Of a stretch of DNA of 64,000 bases, positions 1 through 15,365 are shown one piece after another; position 1 is the first letter of the stretch, and each line of letters begins with the position of its first letter. The notes beneath the pieces were generated by a model. It did not search any database and was not told the DNA's origin. It saw only the letters and a program-made list of their open reading frames with translations. The stretch lies in the NCBI RefSeq assembly GCF_009914755.1, contig NC_060942.1, one strand, 5' to 3'. This DNA is from the human T2T-CHM13v2.0 reference genome, Homo sapiens. The position numbers and the translations under genes were made by a program.

Positions 1-338
1 AGAACAAAACCTGTCTTTTGCAGCAACATGGATGGTACTAGAGGCCATTAACCTAAGCAAGTTAATGCAGGAACAGAAAACCAAATACTGCATGTTCTCA
101 CTTATAAGTGGGAGCTAAACACTGAGTACACATAGACACAAAGTTGGGAACCATAGACACAGGCCTACTTGAGGGTGGAGGGTGAGAGGAGGGTAAGAGT
201 CTAAAAACTACCTATCGGGTACTGTGATCATTGCCTGGATGATGAAATAGCCTGTACACAAAACCTCCATGACACACACCCATGTAACAAACCTGCACAT
301 GTAACCCCTGAACCTAAAATGAAAGTTGGAAAGAAAAA
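1..338 (+). mobile_element. L1 3' end fragment (L1PA15/16- or L1PB-like)
   Basis: L1 3'UTR motifs CATGTTCTCACTTATAAGTGGGAGCTAAAC and CATGTAACAAACCTGCACATG, ending in an A-rich tail; cut by window start. Confidence 0.9.
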
Positions 339-559
339 TATATATATTTGTATAACAGTTCAAAGTGAATTTTTCTTTTGACAAATTACAATTCAAGGGA
401 CTAAAAATTTGGTGAGTTGGCCTTTGCCAAAAGTTTGGGGATATTTGTTTTCTGCAAATTGACTTGCAATCCTAAAACTATCCAAGAAAATCAAAGAATA
501 ATACTCATTCCTAATTGAGTATTTCCTTTATATCTGGTACTTCATAAGTATCATCTCAC

Positions 560-710
560 TGAATTCTGACAGTAATCAAAAGAGTTTTCTAACAGGTAAG
601 GAAACTGAAGAGTGAAATAATTAAGTAACTTGTCTAAGGTGACACTGCTTTTAAGTAGCAGAACTAGGACTTGAATCTAGCTTATTTGATTCTACAGCGG
701 GAGTGCTTAA
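560..710 (-). mobile_element. MIR fragment
   Basis: Core-like GGTAAGGAAACTGAAG...AAGTAACTTGTCTAAGGTGACAC...GGACTTGAATC. Confidence 0.6.
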
Positions 711-2442
711 TATGAAACTAAAACACAATCTGAAAGTGTTTTTAATAAAGGTGATAATTACTTTAAAAAAACACATACACATAAAATAATTTTTGATTTT
801 TTTCTTTGGAGAAAGTGAGTATACTATATACACTTTCAGAGATTTAAAGCCTTAATGAGTACTCAACTGAATCAGAGAAGATTCTAACCTGTTTCTTCAA
901 GGGTCTCTATAAAGTAAGGAAGTTGTCAGACTATGAGGTGTGGATAATCTTGCTTAACTGAAATGTGGGGCTCTAACATGAGGTGGTTTCTTTAATTTTC
1001 TAAAAAAAAATAAATGAAACAGAAATAAGTACCCTAAAACATGATTTATGCACAGCAGAATGGCTTTTATGTATAGACATATGAAGCAAGAATTGAAGTG
1101 TGTGTTATACTGTCTTGAAAGTCAACCTATAAAGACAGTAGGGGCTCCTATGTTTTCTACTGTATGAATCTAATCATATAATAATAAAACTACAGAACAC
1201 TTATTAGGATATCTGAAAGTTAGCATTCTTGAATTGGACTCTATTCTCTTTCCTAGAGCCCCTTCTAAAAATTTATGTTTATTGACATCAGAAATGTCAG
1301 CATGAAGATAGTAGGAAAAGAAGAAAAAAATAATTTAAAAGGTGTCAGGAAGCATGTTTCTGTCTTGTCATCCCTGTTGACAGTATCTGTGACTTTCAGT
1401 GCTCATCTGGACCCAACATTAGCAGAAACACTAGCAAAATCACCTTTCTAACTGAGCTTCTTCGCCCTTTTATTGAGTCTCTTTGCCCTTTTGGATGGTT
1501 TCCAACTGTAGATTGCAGTAAATTATTCAATCATTCATTTTTTCTCCCTAATATGTACTGAGTACCTCCTTTTAATAAGGAAAGTGTACCAGGCATATTT
1601 CACCTTAACATTGTACTAGATCCTGTTTTGCAAATTTGTAACAATTGAAATACACAGAACTATAACTCATGGTGACTATATTTTCATACATACTTGCCTC
1701 TGAGACCTCACTAAATCAGTTGGAACACTATCCCACAATGAATTGGGGGATTAAACTATAAGTATCTAATAACCTTATTAGCTAACAATAGCTAACCAGA
1801 TGACCTTATTAGTGGGCTAACTTCCAGAGGAAGCTAATGTATACAACAGTCCCCTAGCGAATGGCCTTTGTGAAAAGGGCATCTGTAAGGGAAATGAGAG
1901 CTTCTCCCGTACACTTGTTGGTCCTAGACACTGCCCAAGGTGATCTGTGTGTTAATGAGCAATCTCCCAACAATTTTGGGTATTCCAAGAAGATCATGTT
2001 AAAAATTCTTCATCACTTCAATTTCTCCCACTTGATGACTTGTCAAAAAGCCAAACGCTCCTTTTCAAAGACTGGAATTTTTGGAGACCTATTTGTGTTC
2101 TGTAAGTACAATATTACATTATAGGCTCCCAGTTTATATTAGTGATAATTATCCCAACATTTTAGAATATGTAATATCCAGGATTTTGCAGAATACTCTG
2201 CATATAGTTTTGGATTCCTCAGTAAATGAGAGGGGAATTTACATACAGCCATAGGAGAACAATGTTAGCAATTAAAAGGTTGGAAAGACAGGCTTTCCTG
2301 GCAAAGATAAGGGACACAAAACTACCAAGAAAAGTCTTCTTTATGTTCCCAATAATTTACACCTTTGTACCTCACACATTCAATTTCCCATGTTACTAAT
2401 ATACTTAGTTACAAGCATTTGTACTGCATTTCCAATTATTAA

Positions 2443-2747
<305 letters not shown>

Positions 2748-3756
2748 TATTATCACTTTTTTTAATGCCTGTGTGCTGGGAAACTTCCCTTAGGGATAGA
2801 CAAGGACTATCTACTCAAGCTGCTAGTAAATTTAATGCCATCTTCGAGATAGATGCACAGATTTAGGGACATGCTATGGAGAGGAGCTGCCAGACAGGGT
2901 TTCACATACCAGGGACCTGGTTTAGAATCCTCCTACAGAATGCCCAGGTCAATGAACTGGCAGCTCTAACAGTCTGCCCTTCAGAACCTCTGTAAACAGA
3001 GAGGAGAAAAGGCTACCCTTCAGTCACTGATCAAAAATAAAGTGTCATGATTTGATTTGATATTAAAACATATAAGCTAACAGCCTGGTTAGTTTTCCAT
3101 AGTTTCCAACTTCACACTATTCGTAAAACTTAGAACCAATATTCCATGTAATTGTTAATGAAGCTCTATTTTCTTCCTCTTTTTCTCTTTCTTTCCTTCA
3201 TTTTTTTTTATTATACTTTAAGTTCTAGCGTACATGTGCACAACGTGCAGGTTTGATACATAGGTATGTGCCATGTTGGTTTGCTGCACCCATCAACTCA
3301 TCATTTACATTAGGTATTTCTCCTAATGCTATCCCTCCCCCAGCCCCCCACCCCCCGACATGCCCTGGTGTGTGATGTTTCACGCCTTGTGTCCAAGTGT
3401 TCTCATTGTTCAATTCCCAGCTATGGGTGAGAATGTGCGGTGTTTGGTTTTCAGTCCTTGTGATAGTTTGTGGAGAATGATGGTTTCCAGCTTCATCCAT
3501 GTCCCTGCAGAGGACAATAACTCATCCTTTTTTATGGCTGCATAGTATTCCGTGGTGTATATGTGCCACATTTTCTTAATCCAGTCTATCATTGATGGAC
3601 ATTTGGGTTGGTTCCAAGTCTTTGCTATTGTGAATAGTGCTGCAATAAACATACATGTGCATATGTCTTTATAGTAGCATGATTTATAATCCTTTGGGTA
3701 TATACCCAGTAATGGGATTGCTGAGTCAAATGGTAATTCTAGACCTAGATCCTTGA

Positions 3757-4164
<408 letters not shown>

Positions 4165-6110
4165 TGTTTCCTGACTTTTTAATGATTGCCATTCTAACTG
4201 GTGTGAGATGGTATCTCATTGTGGTTTTGATTTGCATTTCTCTGATGGCCAGTGATGATGAGCATTTTTTCATGTGTCTGTTGGCTGCATAGATATCTTC
4301 TTTTGAGAAGTATCTGTTCATATACTTTGCCCACTTTTTGATGGGGTTGTTCGTTTTTTTCTTATAAATTTGCTTGAGTTCTTTGTAGGTTCTGGATATT
4401 AGCCCTTTGTCAGATGGGTAGATTGCAGAAATTTTCTCCTATTCTCTAGGTTGCCTGTTCACTCTGATGGTAGTTTCTTTTGCTGTGCAGAAGCTCTTTA
4501 GTTTAATTAGATACCATTTGTCCATTTTGGCTTCTATTGCCATTGCTTTTGGTGTTTTAGTCATGAAGTCCTTGCCCATGCCTATGTCCTGAATGGTATT
4601 GCCTAGGTTTTCTTCTAGGGTTTTTATGGATTTAGGTCTAACATTTAAGTCTTTAATCCATCTTGAAATAATTTTTTGTAAGGTGTAAGGAAGGGATCCA
4701 GTTTCAGCTTTCTACATATGGCAAGCCAGTTTTCCCAGTACCATTTATTAAATAGGGAATCCTTTCCCCATTTCTTGTTTTTGTCAGGTTTGTCAAAGAT
4801 CAGATGGTTGTAGATGTGTGGTGTTATTTCTGAGGCCTCTGTTCTGTTCCATTGGTCTATATATCTATTTTGGTACCAGTACCATGCTGTTTTGGTTACT
4901 GTAGTCTTGTATTATAGTTTGAAGTCAGGTAGCGTGATGCCTCCAGCTTTGTTCTTTTTGCTTAGGATTGTCTTGCAATGCAGGCTCTTTTTTGGTTCCA
5001 TATGAACTTTAATGTAGTTTTTTTCCAAATCTGTGAAGAAAGTCATTGATAGCTTGATGGGGATGGCGTTGAATCTATAAATTACTTGGGGCAGTGTGGC
5101 CATTTTCATGATATTGATTCTTCCTATTCATGAGCATGGAATGTTCTTCCATTTGTTTGTGTCCTCTTTATTTCATTGAGCAGTGGTTTGTAGTTCTCCT
5201 TGAAGAGGTCCTTCACGTCCCTTGTAAGTTGGATTCCTAGGTATTTTATTCTCTTTGTAGCACTTGTGAATGGGAGTTCACTCATGATTTGGCTCTCTGT
5301 TTGTCTGTTAATGGTGTATAGGAATGCTTGTAATTTTTGCACATTGATTTTGTATCCTGAGACTTTGCTGAAGTTGCTTATCAGCTTAAGGAGATTTTGG
5401 GCTGAGATGATGGGGTTTTCTAAATATATAATCATGTCATCTGCAAACAGGGACAATTTGACTTCCCGATTTCCTAATCGAATACCCTTTATTTCTTCCT
5501 CTTGCCTGATTGCCCTGGCCAGAATTTCCAACACTATGTTGAATAGGAGTGGTGAGAGAGGGCATCTTTGCCTTGTGCTGGTTTTCAAAGGGAATGCTTC
5601 CAGTTTTTGCCCATTCAGTATGATATTGGCTGTGGGTTTGTCATAGATAGCTCTTATTATTTTGAGATATGTTCCATCAATACTTAGTTTATTGAGAGTT
5701 TTTAGCATGAAGGGCTGTTGAATTTTGTCAAAGGCCTTTTCTGCATCTATTGAGATAATCATGTGGCTTTTGTCATTGTTCCTGTTTATATGATGGATTA
5801 TGTTTATTGATTTGCATATGTTGAACCAGCTTTGCATTCCAGGGATGAAGCCAACTTGATCATAGTGGATAAGCTTTTTGATGTGCTGCTGGATTTGGTT
5901 TGCCAGTATTTTATTGAGGATTTTCGCATTGATGTTCTTCAGGGATATTGGTCTGAAATTCTCTTTTTTTGTTGTGTCTCTGCCAGGCTTTGGTATCAGG
6001 ATGATGTTGGCTTCATAAAATGAGTCAGGGAGGATTCCCTCTTTTTCTATTGATTGGAATAGTTTCAGAGGGAATGGTACCAGCTCCCTTTGTACCTCTG
6101 GTAGAATTCA

Positions 6111-6302
<192 letters not shown>

Positions 6303-6529
6303 TTATCTGATGGTAGTTTGTATTTCTGTGGGATTGGTGGTGATATCCCCTTTATGATTTTTTGTTGCATCTATTTGATTCTTCTCTGTTTTTTTCTTTA
6401 TCAGTCTTGCTAGTGGTCTACCAATTTTGTTGATCTTTTCAAAAAACCAGCTCCTGGATTCATTGTTTTTTTTTGAAGAGTTGTTTGTGTCTCTATCTCT
6501 TTCAGTTCTGCTCTGATCTTAATTATTTA

Positions 6530-6889
<360 letters not shown>

Positions 6890-7504
6890 TTACATTTGCT
6901 GAGAAGTGCTTTACTTCCAATTAAGTGGTCAATTTTGGAATAAGTGCGGTGTGGTGCCGAGAAGAATGTATATTCTGTTGATTTGGGGTGGAGAGTTCTA
7001 TAGATGTCTATTAGGTCCGCTTGGTGCAGTCAGGTCCCTCAGCTGCAGGTCTGTTGGAGTTTGCTGGAGTTCTATTCCAGACCCTGTTTGTCTGGGTATC
7101 ACCAGTGCAGGCTGCAGAACAGCAAATATTGCAGAACAGCTGCCTGATCCTTCCTCTGGAAGCTTCATCCCAGAGGGGCAGCCACCTATATGAGGTGTCC
7201 ATCAGCCCCTACTGGGACCTACTGGGAGGTGTCTCCCAGTTAGGCTACACAGGGATCAGGGACCCACTTGAGGAGGCAGTCTCTCCATTCTCAGAGCTCA
7301 AACACTGTGCTGGGAGAACCACTGCCCTCTTCAGAGCTGTCAGACAGGGACATTTAAGTCTGCAGAAGTTGTTTGCTGTCTTTTGTTCAGCTATGCCCTG
7401 CCAACAGAGGTGAAGTCTAGAGGCAGTAGGCCTTGTTGAGCTGTGGTGGGCTCCACCCAGTTCGAGCTTCCTGGACGCTTTGTTTACCTACTCAAGCCTC
7501 AGCA

Positions 7505-7699
7505 ATGGCAGATGCCCCTTCCCCAGCCAGGCTGCCGTCTCGCAGATCGATCTCAGACTGCTGCGCTAGCAGTGAGCAAGGCTCTGTGGGTGTGGGAGCC
7601 ACTGAGCCAGGCATGGGAGAGAATCACGTTGTCTGCAGGTTGCTAAGACCTTGGGAAAAGCACAGTATTTGGGCAAGAGTCTCCCGATTTTCCAGGTAG
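7505..7699 (+). other. L1 ORF0 homologue (64 aa, antisense in the L1 5'UTR)
   Basis: MADAPSPARLPSRRSISDCCASSEQGSVGVGATEPG...RFSR resembles L1 ORF0 (MAGAPPPASLPPCSLISDCCASNQRDSVGVGPSEPG...RFSR); start context GCAATGG. Confidence 0.8.
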
Positions 7700-9379
7700 T
7701 CTGTCACGGCTTCCCTTGGCTAGGAAAGGGAAATCTCCCAACCCCTTGTGCTTCCCAGGTGATGCGACGCCTTGCCCTGCTTCAGCTCGCCCTCCATGGG
7801 CTGCACCCACTGTCAAACCAGTCCCAGTGAAATGAACCAGGTACCTCAGTTGGAAATGCAGAAATCACCCATCTTCTGTGTCAATCACACTGGGAACTGC
7901 AGACCATAGCTGTTCCTCTTCAGCCACCTTCCCTTCCTTTTTTTTTTTTCTTTTTTTAAACAAAGAGGCTGAGAGATGATTGAATAATGCTACTCAAACA
8001 TAAAAAGGTGTATGTTCTTAGTTTTTATCTTCATGTTAAGTCAGAATCAAAGTAAAAAACCATATAGTGGAGCACGCAAATTTTACGTTAAATATCTGCA
8101 AAAGGGTTATTTTCACAATGAGAGAATTAAAGTATGTGATGGAAACTAATTTTTTCCTACTTTTATTTGTGTCTTTTATAAGGGAACTATGTATACATAG
8201 TGGAAAACTCTTATTTGCTATAGACAACAGAATGAACTGGGGGAATCATAATCATAAAACACTGAGACATCTTGATCAAACTGTAACACCTTATCATATT
8301 CACAGTAGGGATGTGGAATGGGACAAAATTATTGAACACTTGATAAAGAAAACAAAATCTTATTCAAAGAAAATCTTAACTCTCATTTGTTTATTGTTGG
8401 TGTTTTATATATACAAAATAGCAACCTCTCTTTTATTCAAAATTCAGAATAAATATTAACATCAGAAAATGTAAAAAGCCTTTCTGTCAGGTGATAACAT
8501 CAAAGTGACCAAAATGTTTATGACTGAGTTCTCAAGTTTTCATTACCAAATTGTTAAAGAGATTTAGCAATTTCTTATGTATAACTATTTTATGTTGATA
8601 ATAATGTGCAGTTACATGAAACGTTAGCAATGAAAATTATAAATGATGTTTCATTTTAAATATATCAAAGAGAGATTTCAGGAACAACTTGGAGAAAAAG
8701 CAATGGTCAGAAGGAATTTATAAAGTGTTATGTTCATATAATAATAGATACAAAGCTTGGACATTTTTACTCCAATTAACCCTCATGGCAACCTAACAAA
8801 GTTCAAACTACAACCCCAAATGTATAATTCAGCACAATGTGGCTCTGCGAGTTCAGGTGACTCATCAAAGATCACACAGCTAGCTAGTGTCTAAGGCAGA
8901 ATCAACACCTCTGTCTTTTTTATTTCAAAGCCTAAGATTCTGTCTTCTTTTTACAGACAAGGTAATTGCACTCTAATTATGGTTAAGTGATTTGAACAAT
9001 TTTTATAGCACAACTAAAACCCACATTTTCTATTTCTACTATCCACACTCTATCCACTATATGTTAAGAGACAGGTTAGTTGACATTAAAAAATATTCTT
9101 TTGGGGAAGATCCCCTTCAAAATGAGGTAGTGTATTACATAAAAAGTTTAACTCACAATTTTCCAGGACGTATAAAATGTGCAAGTTAGTTTCAAGCATT
9201 GAGTAAACAATGAGTAATTAGCAAGATGAGGGGTTTGTGAACTGTGCACCACATATTTGCAGTCAGGAAACAAGAGCCACTTTGAAGGAAAAGCAATGTA
9301 TATTGTAAATTTCCTCATCATTCTCTAATCTAGCATGAAGATGAATAGAATAATCTTTTAATGAAAATTAGGTTGATGC

Positions 9380-12300
9380 TACCGTAAAGACACACTTAAG
9401 TATATAGCCTGCAGAACCTATAAGGCAACCACACAATAGAAACTAGAAAGCAACCAGCTAACAATTTCATGTTAGGATCAAAACCTCATATGTCAATATT
9501 AACTTTGAATGTAAATGATCTAAATGCTCCACTTAAAAGGCACAGAGTGAAAAGTTCGATGAAAAAACAAGACCCATCCATCCTTTGTCTTCAAGAGAGC
9601 CATCTCAAACATAATGACGCCAATAGGCTCAAAGCAAAGGGTTGTAGAAAGATCTACCATGGAAACGGAAAACAAAAAGAGCAGAGATTGCTATTCTTAT
9701 ATTAGATAAAACAGATTTTAAACCAAAAACAGTAAAAGAGGACAAAGAAGGGCACTACATAATGTTAAATGGTTCAATTCAAGAAGACTTAATTATTCTA
9801 AAAATATACACACCTAAAATTGGAGCACCCAGATACATAGAACAAGAACTTCTAGTTCTCCAAAAAGACTTGACAGCCACACAATGATAGTGGGGGACTT
9901 CAATACCCCACTAACAGCATTAGACAGGCTATTGAGGCAGAACACCAACGAAGAAATTCTGGACTTAAACTGAACATGTGACCAATTGGACCTAATAGAC
10001 ATATACAGAATATTGCCCCCAACAACCACAAAATGGACATTTTTTAAAATCTGCACATGGAACATACTCCAAGATTGACCACATGCTCAGCTGTAAAATG
10101 AGTCAATAAATTCCAAAAAATAGAAATCATACCAGTCATACTCTTGGACAACAGTGGAGTGAAAATATACATCAATACCAAGAAGATCTTTCAAAACCAC
10201 AATATCACATGGAAATTAAACAACTTGCTCTTGAATGACTTTTGAGTAAACAATGAAATCAAGGCAGAAATTTTAAAATTCCTTGAAATAAATGGAAACA
10301 GAGACACAACATATCAAAGTCTCTGGGATGCAGCAAAAGCAGTGTTAAGAGGAAAGTTTATAGTGCTAAATGCCTACCTCACAAAAAAAGACCTGAAATT
10401 AATGATCTAGTATCAAATTTCAAGGAACTAGAAAACAACAGGAACACACTAATCCCAAAGATAGCAGAAAAAAAGAAATACTAAAATTGGAGTGGACCTA
10501 ATGAAATTGAGACCCAAAAATCCACACAAAGAATCAATGAAACCAAAAGTTGGTTCTCTGAAAGGATAAGCAAGATTGGTAGATTGCTAGCTAGATTAAC
10601 AAAGAAAAACAGAGAGAAGGTCCAAATAAGCATAATCAGAAATAACAAGGGTGTCATTACAACCAATCCCACAGAAATACAAAAGATCCGTAGAGAGTAT
10701 TATTAACACCTTTATGCACACAAACTAGAAAGCCTAGAGGAAGTGGATAAATTCCTGGTCACATACAATCTCCCAAAATTGAATCAGAAAGAAACTGAAA
10801 CACTGAATAAATCAACAGACTTCCAAAGTTGAATCAGTAATAAAGATTCTACCAACGAAAAAAAAGCCTCAAGCCAGATGGATTCTCAGCCAAATTCTAC
10901 CAGATGTACAAAGAGCTGGTACCAATTCTACTGAACCTATTCCAAAAAAATCAAGGAGAAACTCTTCTCCAACTCACTCTATGAAGCCAGCATCCCTCTG
11001 ATACTGAAACCTGGCAAAGAAACAATGAAAAAAGAAAACTACAGGCCAACATCCCTGAAGAACACAGATGCAAAAATCCTCAACTAAATACTAGCAAACT
11101 GAATTCAACAGCACATCAAAAAGTTAATTTACCATGATCAAATAGGCTTCATTCCCGGGATACAAGGTTGGTTCAATATACATCAAATAAATGTGATTTA
11201 CCACATAAACAGAATTTAAAACAAAAACCATATGATCATCTCAATAGATGCAGAAATAGTTTTCAAAATTCTTGAGAAACTAGACATTGAAGGAGCATAT
11301 ATCAAAAAAATAAGAGCCATCTATGACAAACACAGCCAGCATCATACTGAATGTGCAAGAATTGGAACCATTTCCGTGGAGAACTGGAATAAGACAAAGA
11401 TGCCCATTCTCACTATGCCTATTCAACATAGTACTGGAAGCACTAGGCAGAGGAATCAGGCAAAAGAAAGGAATAAAAAACATCCAAATAGGAAAAGAAG
11501 AAATCCAACTATCTCTCTTTGTAGACAACATGATTCTATACTTAAAAAACACTAAAGACTCCACCAAAAGGCTCCTGGAACTGATAAATGACTTTACTAT
11601 GGTTTCAGGGTATAAAATCAATATAAAAGTTCTTTAGTTTGATTAGATCACATTTGTCAGTTTTGGCTTTTGTTGCAATGGCTTTTGGTGTTTTAGTCAT
11701 GAAGTCTTTGCCCATGCCTATGTCCTGAATGGTATTGCTTAGGTTTTCTTCTAGGGTTTTTATGGTTTGGGGTTTTACATTTAAGTCTTTAATCCATCTT
11801 GAGTTAATTTTTGTATAAGATGTAAGGAAGGGGTCCAGTTTCTGTTTTCTGCATATGGCTAGCCAGTTTTCCCAGCACCATTTATTAAATAGGGAATCCT
11901 TTCCCCATTTCTTGTTTTTGTCAGGTTTGTCAAAAATCAGATGACTGTAGATGTGTGGTATTATTTCTGAGGTCTTTGTTCTGTTCCACTGGTCTATATA
12001 TCTCTTTTGGTACCAGTATCATGCTGTTTTGGTTACTGTAGCCTTGTAGTATAGTTTGAAGTCAGGTAGCATTCAGGCAACCTACAGAATGGGAGAAAAT
12101 TTTTGCAATCTACCCATCTGACAAACATCTAATATCCAGAATCTACATGGAACTTAAACAAATTTACAAGGAAAAAGCAAACCCATCAAAAAGTGGGTGA
12201 AGGATATGAACAGACACTTCTCAAAAGAAGACATTTATGTGGCGAAAAAACATTAAAAAAAAAAGCTCAACATGACTGGTCATTAGAGAAATGCAAATCA

Positions 12301-14490
12301 AAACCACAATGAGATACCATCTCACGTCACTTAGAATGACAATGATTAGAAAGTCAGGAAACAACAGATGCTGGTGAGGCTGAAGAGAAATAGGAATGCT
12401 TTTACACTGTTGGTGTAAATTAATTCAATCATAGTGGAAGATGGCGTGGTGATTCCTCAAGGATCTAGAACCAGAAATTCCATTTGACCCAGCAATCCCA
12501 TTACTGGTTATATAACCAAAGGATTATAACTCATTCTATTATAAAGACACATGCACATGTATGTTTACTCCGGCACTATTTACAATAGCAAAGACTTGTA
12601 ACTAACCCAAATGCCCATCAATGATAGGCTGGATAAAGAAAATGTGGCACATATACACCATGGAATACTATGCAGCCATAAAAAAGAATGAGTTCATTTC
12701 CTTTGCAGGAACATGGATGAAGCTAGAAGCCATCATTCTCAGCAAACTAACACAGGAACAGAAAACCAAACACTGCCTGTTCTCACCCATAAGTGGGAGT
12801 ACAAAGTGGCTGTACTTCCCAAAGCAAACTGCAGATTCAACACTATTCCTATCAAACTACCAATGGCATTTTTCACAGAACTGGAAAAAAAAAAAACAAA
12901 CCTATCCTAAAACTCACTTCAATGAAAAAGGAGCCTGAATAGTGAAAGCAATCCTAAGCAAAAAGGAAAAAGCTGGAGGCATCACATTACTCAACTTTGA
13001 ACTATACTATAAGGTTATAGTAACCCAAACAAGATGGTACTGGTACAAAAACAGACACATAAAACAGAATAGAGAATCAAGAAATAAGGTTGCATGCCTA
13101 CAGCCATCTGATCTTTGACAAAGTCGACAAAAATAAGCAATAGAAAGAACTCTCTATTCAATAAATGGTGTTGGGATGGCTGGTGAGCCATATATAGAAG
13201 AATGAAACTGGATTCCTACCTGTCACCATATACAAAAATTAACTCAAGATGGATTAAAATTTAAATGTAAGACCTCGAACTACAAGAATCCTAGAAGAAA
13301 ACTGAGGAAACATCATTCTGGACATCAGCCATGGGAAATAACTTAAAAGTAAGTCCTCAAAAGTAGTTGCAACAACAACAAAAATTGACAAGTGGGACCT
13401 AATTAAACTAAAGAGCTTCTGCACAGTAAAAGAACTATCAACAGAGTAAATAGACAATCTACAGAACAGGAGACAAGTGTTTGCAAACTATGCATCCAAC
13501 AAAGGTCTAATATACAGAATTGATAAGGAACTTAAAACACTTGAACAAGCAAAAAAACAGAACAAAACAAACAAAAAACAAATAATCCCACTGAGAAATG
13601 GTCAAAAGACATGAACAGACACTTCTCAAAAGAGTACATACAAGTGGCCAAGAAACATGTGAGAAAATGTTCCACATCATCAATCACAAGAGAAATGCAA
13701 ATCAAAACCATTATGAGATATTATCTCACACCAGTCAGAATAGGTATTGGTTTACAAATTAAAAACAACAACAACAACAACAGATATTGGCAAGGCTGCA
13801 GAGAAAAGGGAATGCTTATACACTGTCGGTGGGAAGGTAAATTAGTTCAGCCACTGTGGAAAGCTAATTCCTTTAATTTCTCAAAGGACTTAAAACAGAA
13901 CTAACATTTCACCCAGCAATTCCATTACTGGCTATATACCCAAAAGAAAACAAATCCTACTAAAAAGATACATGCATGTGTATGCTCATTGCACTATTCA
14001 CAATAGCAAAGACATGGAATCAACCTAGGTGTCCATCAATGGTATTTTGGATAAATAAAATGATATATATATAATGATATATATATATATACACACACAC
14101 ATATATATACACATATGGAGTACTACAAAGGCATAAAACAGAATGAAATCATGTTCTTTACAGTAACACGAGTGCAGCTGGAAACAATTATTCTAAGCGA
14201 ATTAATGTAGGAACATAAAACTCAATACTATATGTCCTTACTTATAAGCAGGAGCTAAACAATGACTACTTATGGACATAAATAGGACAACAATTGTGAC
14301 TGGGGACTTCTAGAGTGAGGAGGGAGGATGGAGCCAATGGTTGAAAAACCAACTGTTGGGTACTATGCTCAGTATCTGGGTGATGGGATCATTTATACCT
14401 CAAACCACAGCATCATGCAATATACTCAGGAAAAGAACCTGCACATGTACTGCCTGAATCTAAAACAAAAATTGAAAAATAAAAGATAAA
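9380..14490 (+). mobile_element. Older L1 (L1PB-like): inter-ORF region, decayed ORF2 and 3'UTR
   Basis: ORF2 start MLGSKPHMSILTLNVN at 9469, RT fragments 11232-11637, 3'UTR and A-tail to about 14490; interrupted at 11627-12800. Confidence 0.92.
11627..12800 (+). mobile_element. Younger 5'-inverted (twin-primed) L1PA fragment nested in the older L1
   Basis: 11627-12072 is minus-strand ORF2; 12074-12800 is plus-strand ORF2 end/3'UTR start; no poly-A. Confidence 0.88.
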
Positions 14491-15365
14491 TAAGTGCTAG
14501 CAGTAAAGAAGGGAGTCAAGCAAGTTAAAAACACACACCTATGGAAGGAAGAATAAGAGTGGGTATGGAATAGTTAGGGAAAGGGGGGCACTGATTCTTG
14601 ACTGACTGCTAGAGGACAGTGCAAAAATTCCCCTGTGGTTTTATGTGTAAAATGGTATTCAATTTGACTTTGCTTTGTTTGCGGTAAAATATGATGCATG
14701 TGTAAATAAAAAATAAGTTAATGTACAAAAATGTAAAAATAAAGTTGAACAGAGCTCAGTCATGACTAGAATTCCTAGTGTGTATATTATATGGGCAACA
14801 AATAAATCATAATATGATAAGAAAATCAATGTAGTGGCCTCAAATATGTTTGTCACAATTTTAGATTTTTAAATAATTTCAGATAAAAAATGAACAGGAA
14901 GAACTTACAGCATGTAATTCAGACATGATGGTATAGTCCACAGTTCATCCTAATTGATTTTGGCATTTCCTATTGGTTGGGACAGAGGAGATTGTTGCAG
15001 CCAAATGTTATCAGCCAAGTCAGTTACATCTTGCTGTCTGTGAAGTACACTGCTTGCTTTAATGCTCCTTTTTAAGGAATAGTTTGTATGCTTGTCAAGA
15101 GAACTATAGGAAGCTTTGAGTCTCCAGCCACAGATAAACTCTTGTTCTGCACACCCTAATCTGTCAATTTATTAACACAGGAATCTAAATCCAAGAACAG
15201 CCAAAATATAATTGATTTTCTTTGTTGTCAAGTAATTATTTTATTTAACATGCATTATTATTTTTGAATACCATAGAGTGAAGCTAACATATGCACAGAG
15301 GTAAAAAATATATATAATTTTTTTGACTTTAAACACTTTCTTTTTACATAGTAGTTAACATCTCA

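Noticed and set aside
5124-5837. 237-aa reverse-transcriptase ORF
   Set aside because: Fragment of a frameshifted L1 ORF2, not a host gene
7005-7055. Spliced integrated L1 (SpIRE)
   Set aside because: Breakpoints do not match GT/AG; microhomology explains the junction better
8067-8459. 130-aa ORF in AT-rich DNA
   Set aside because: GTG start, no recognisable homology; likely chance
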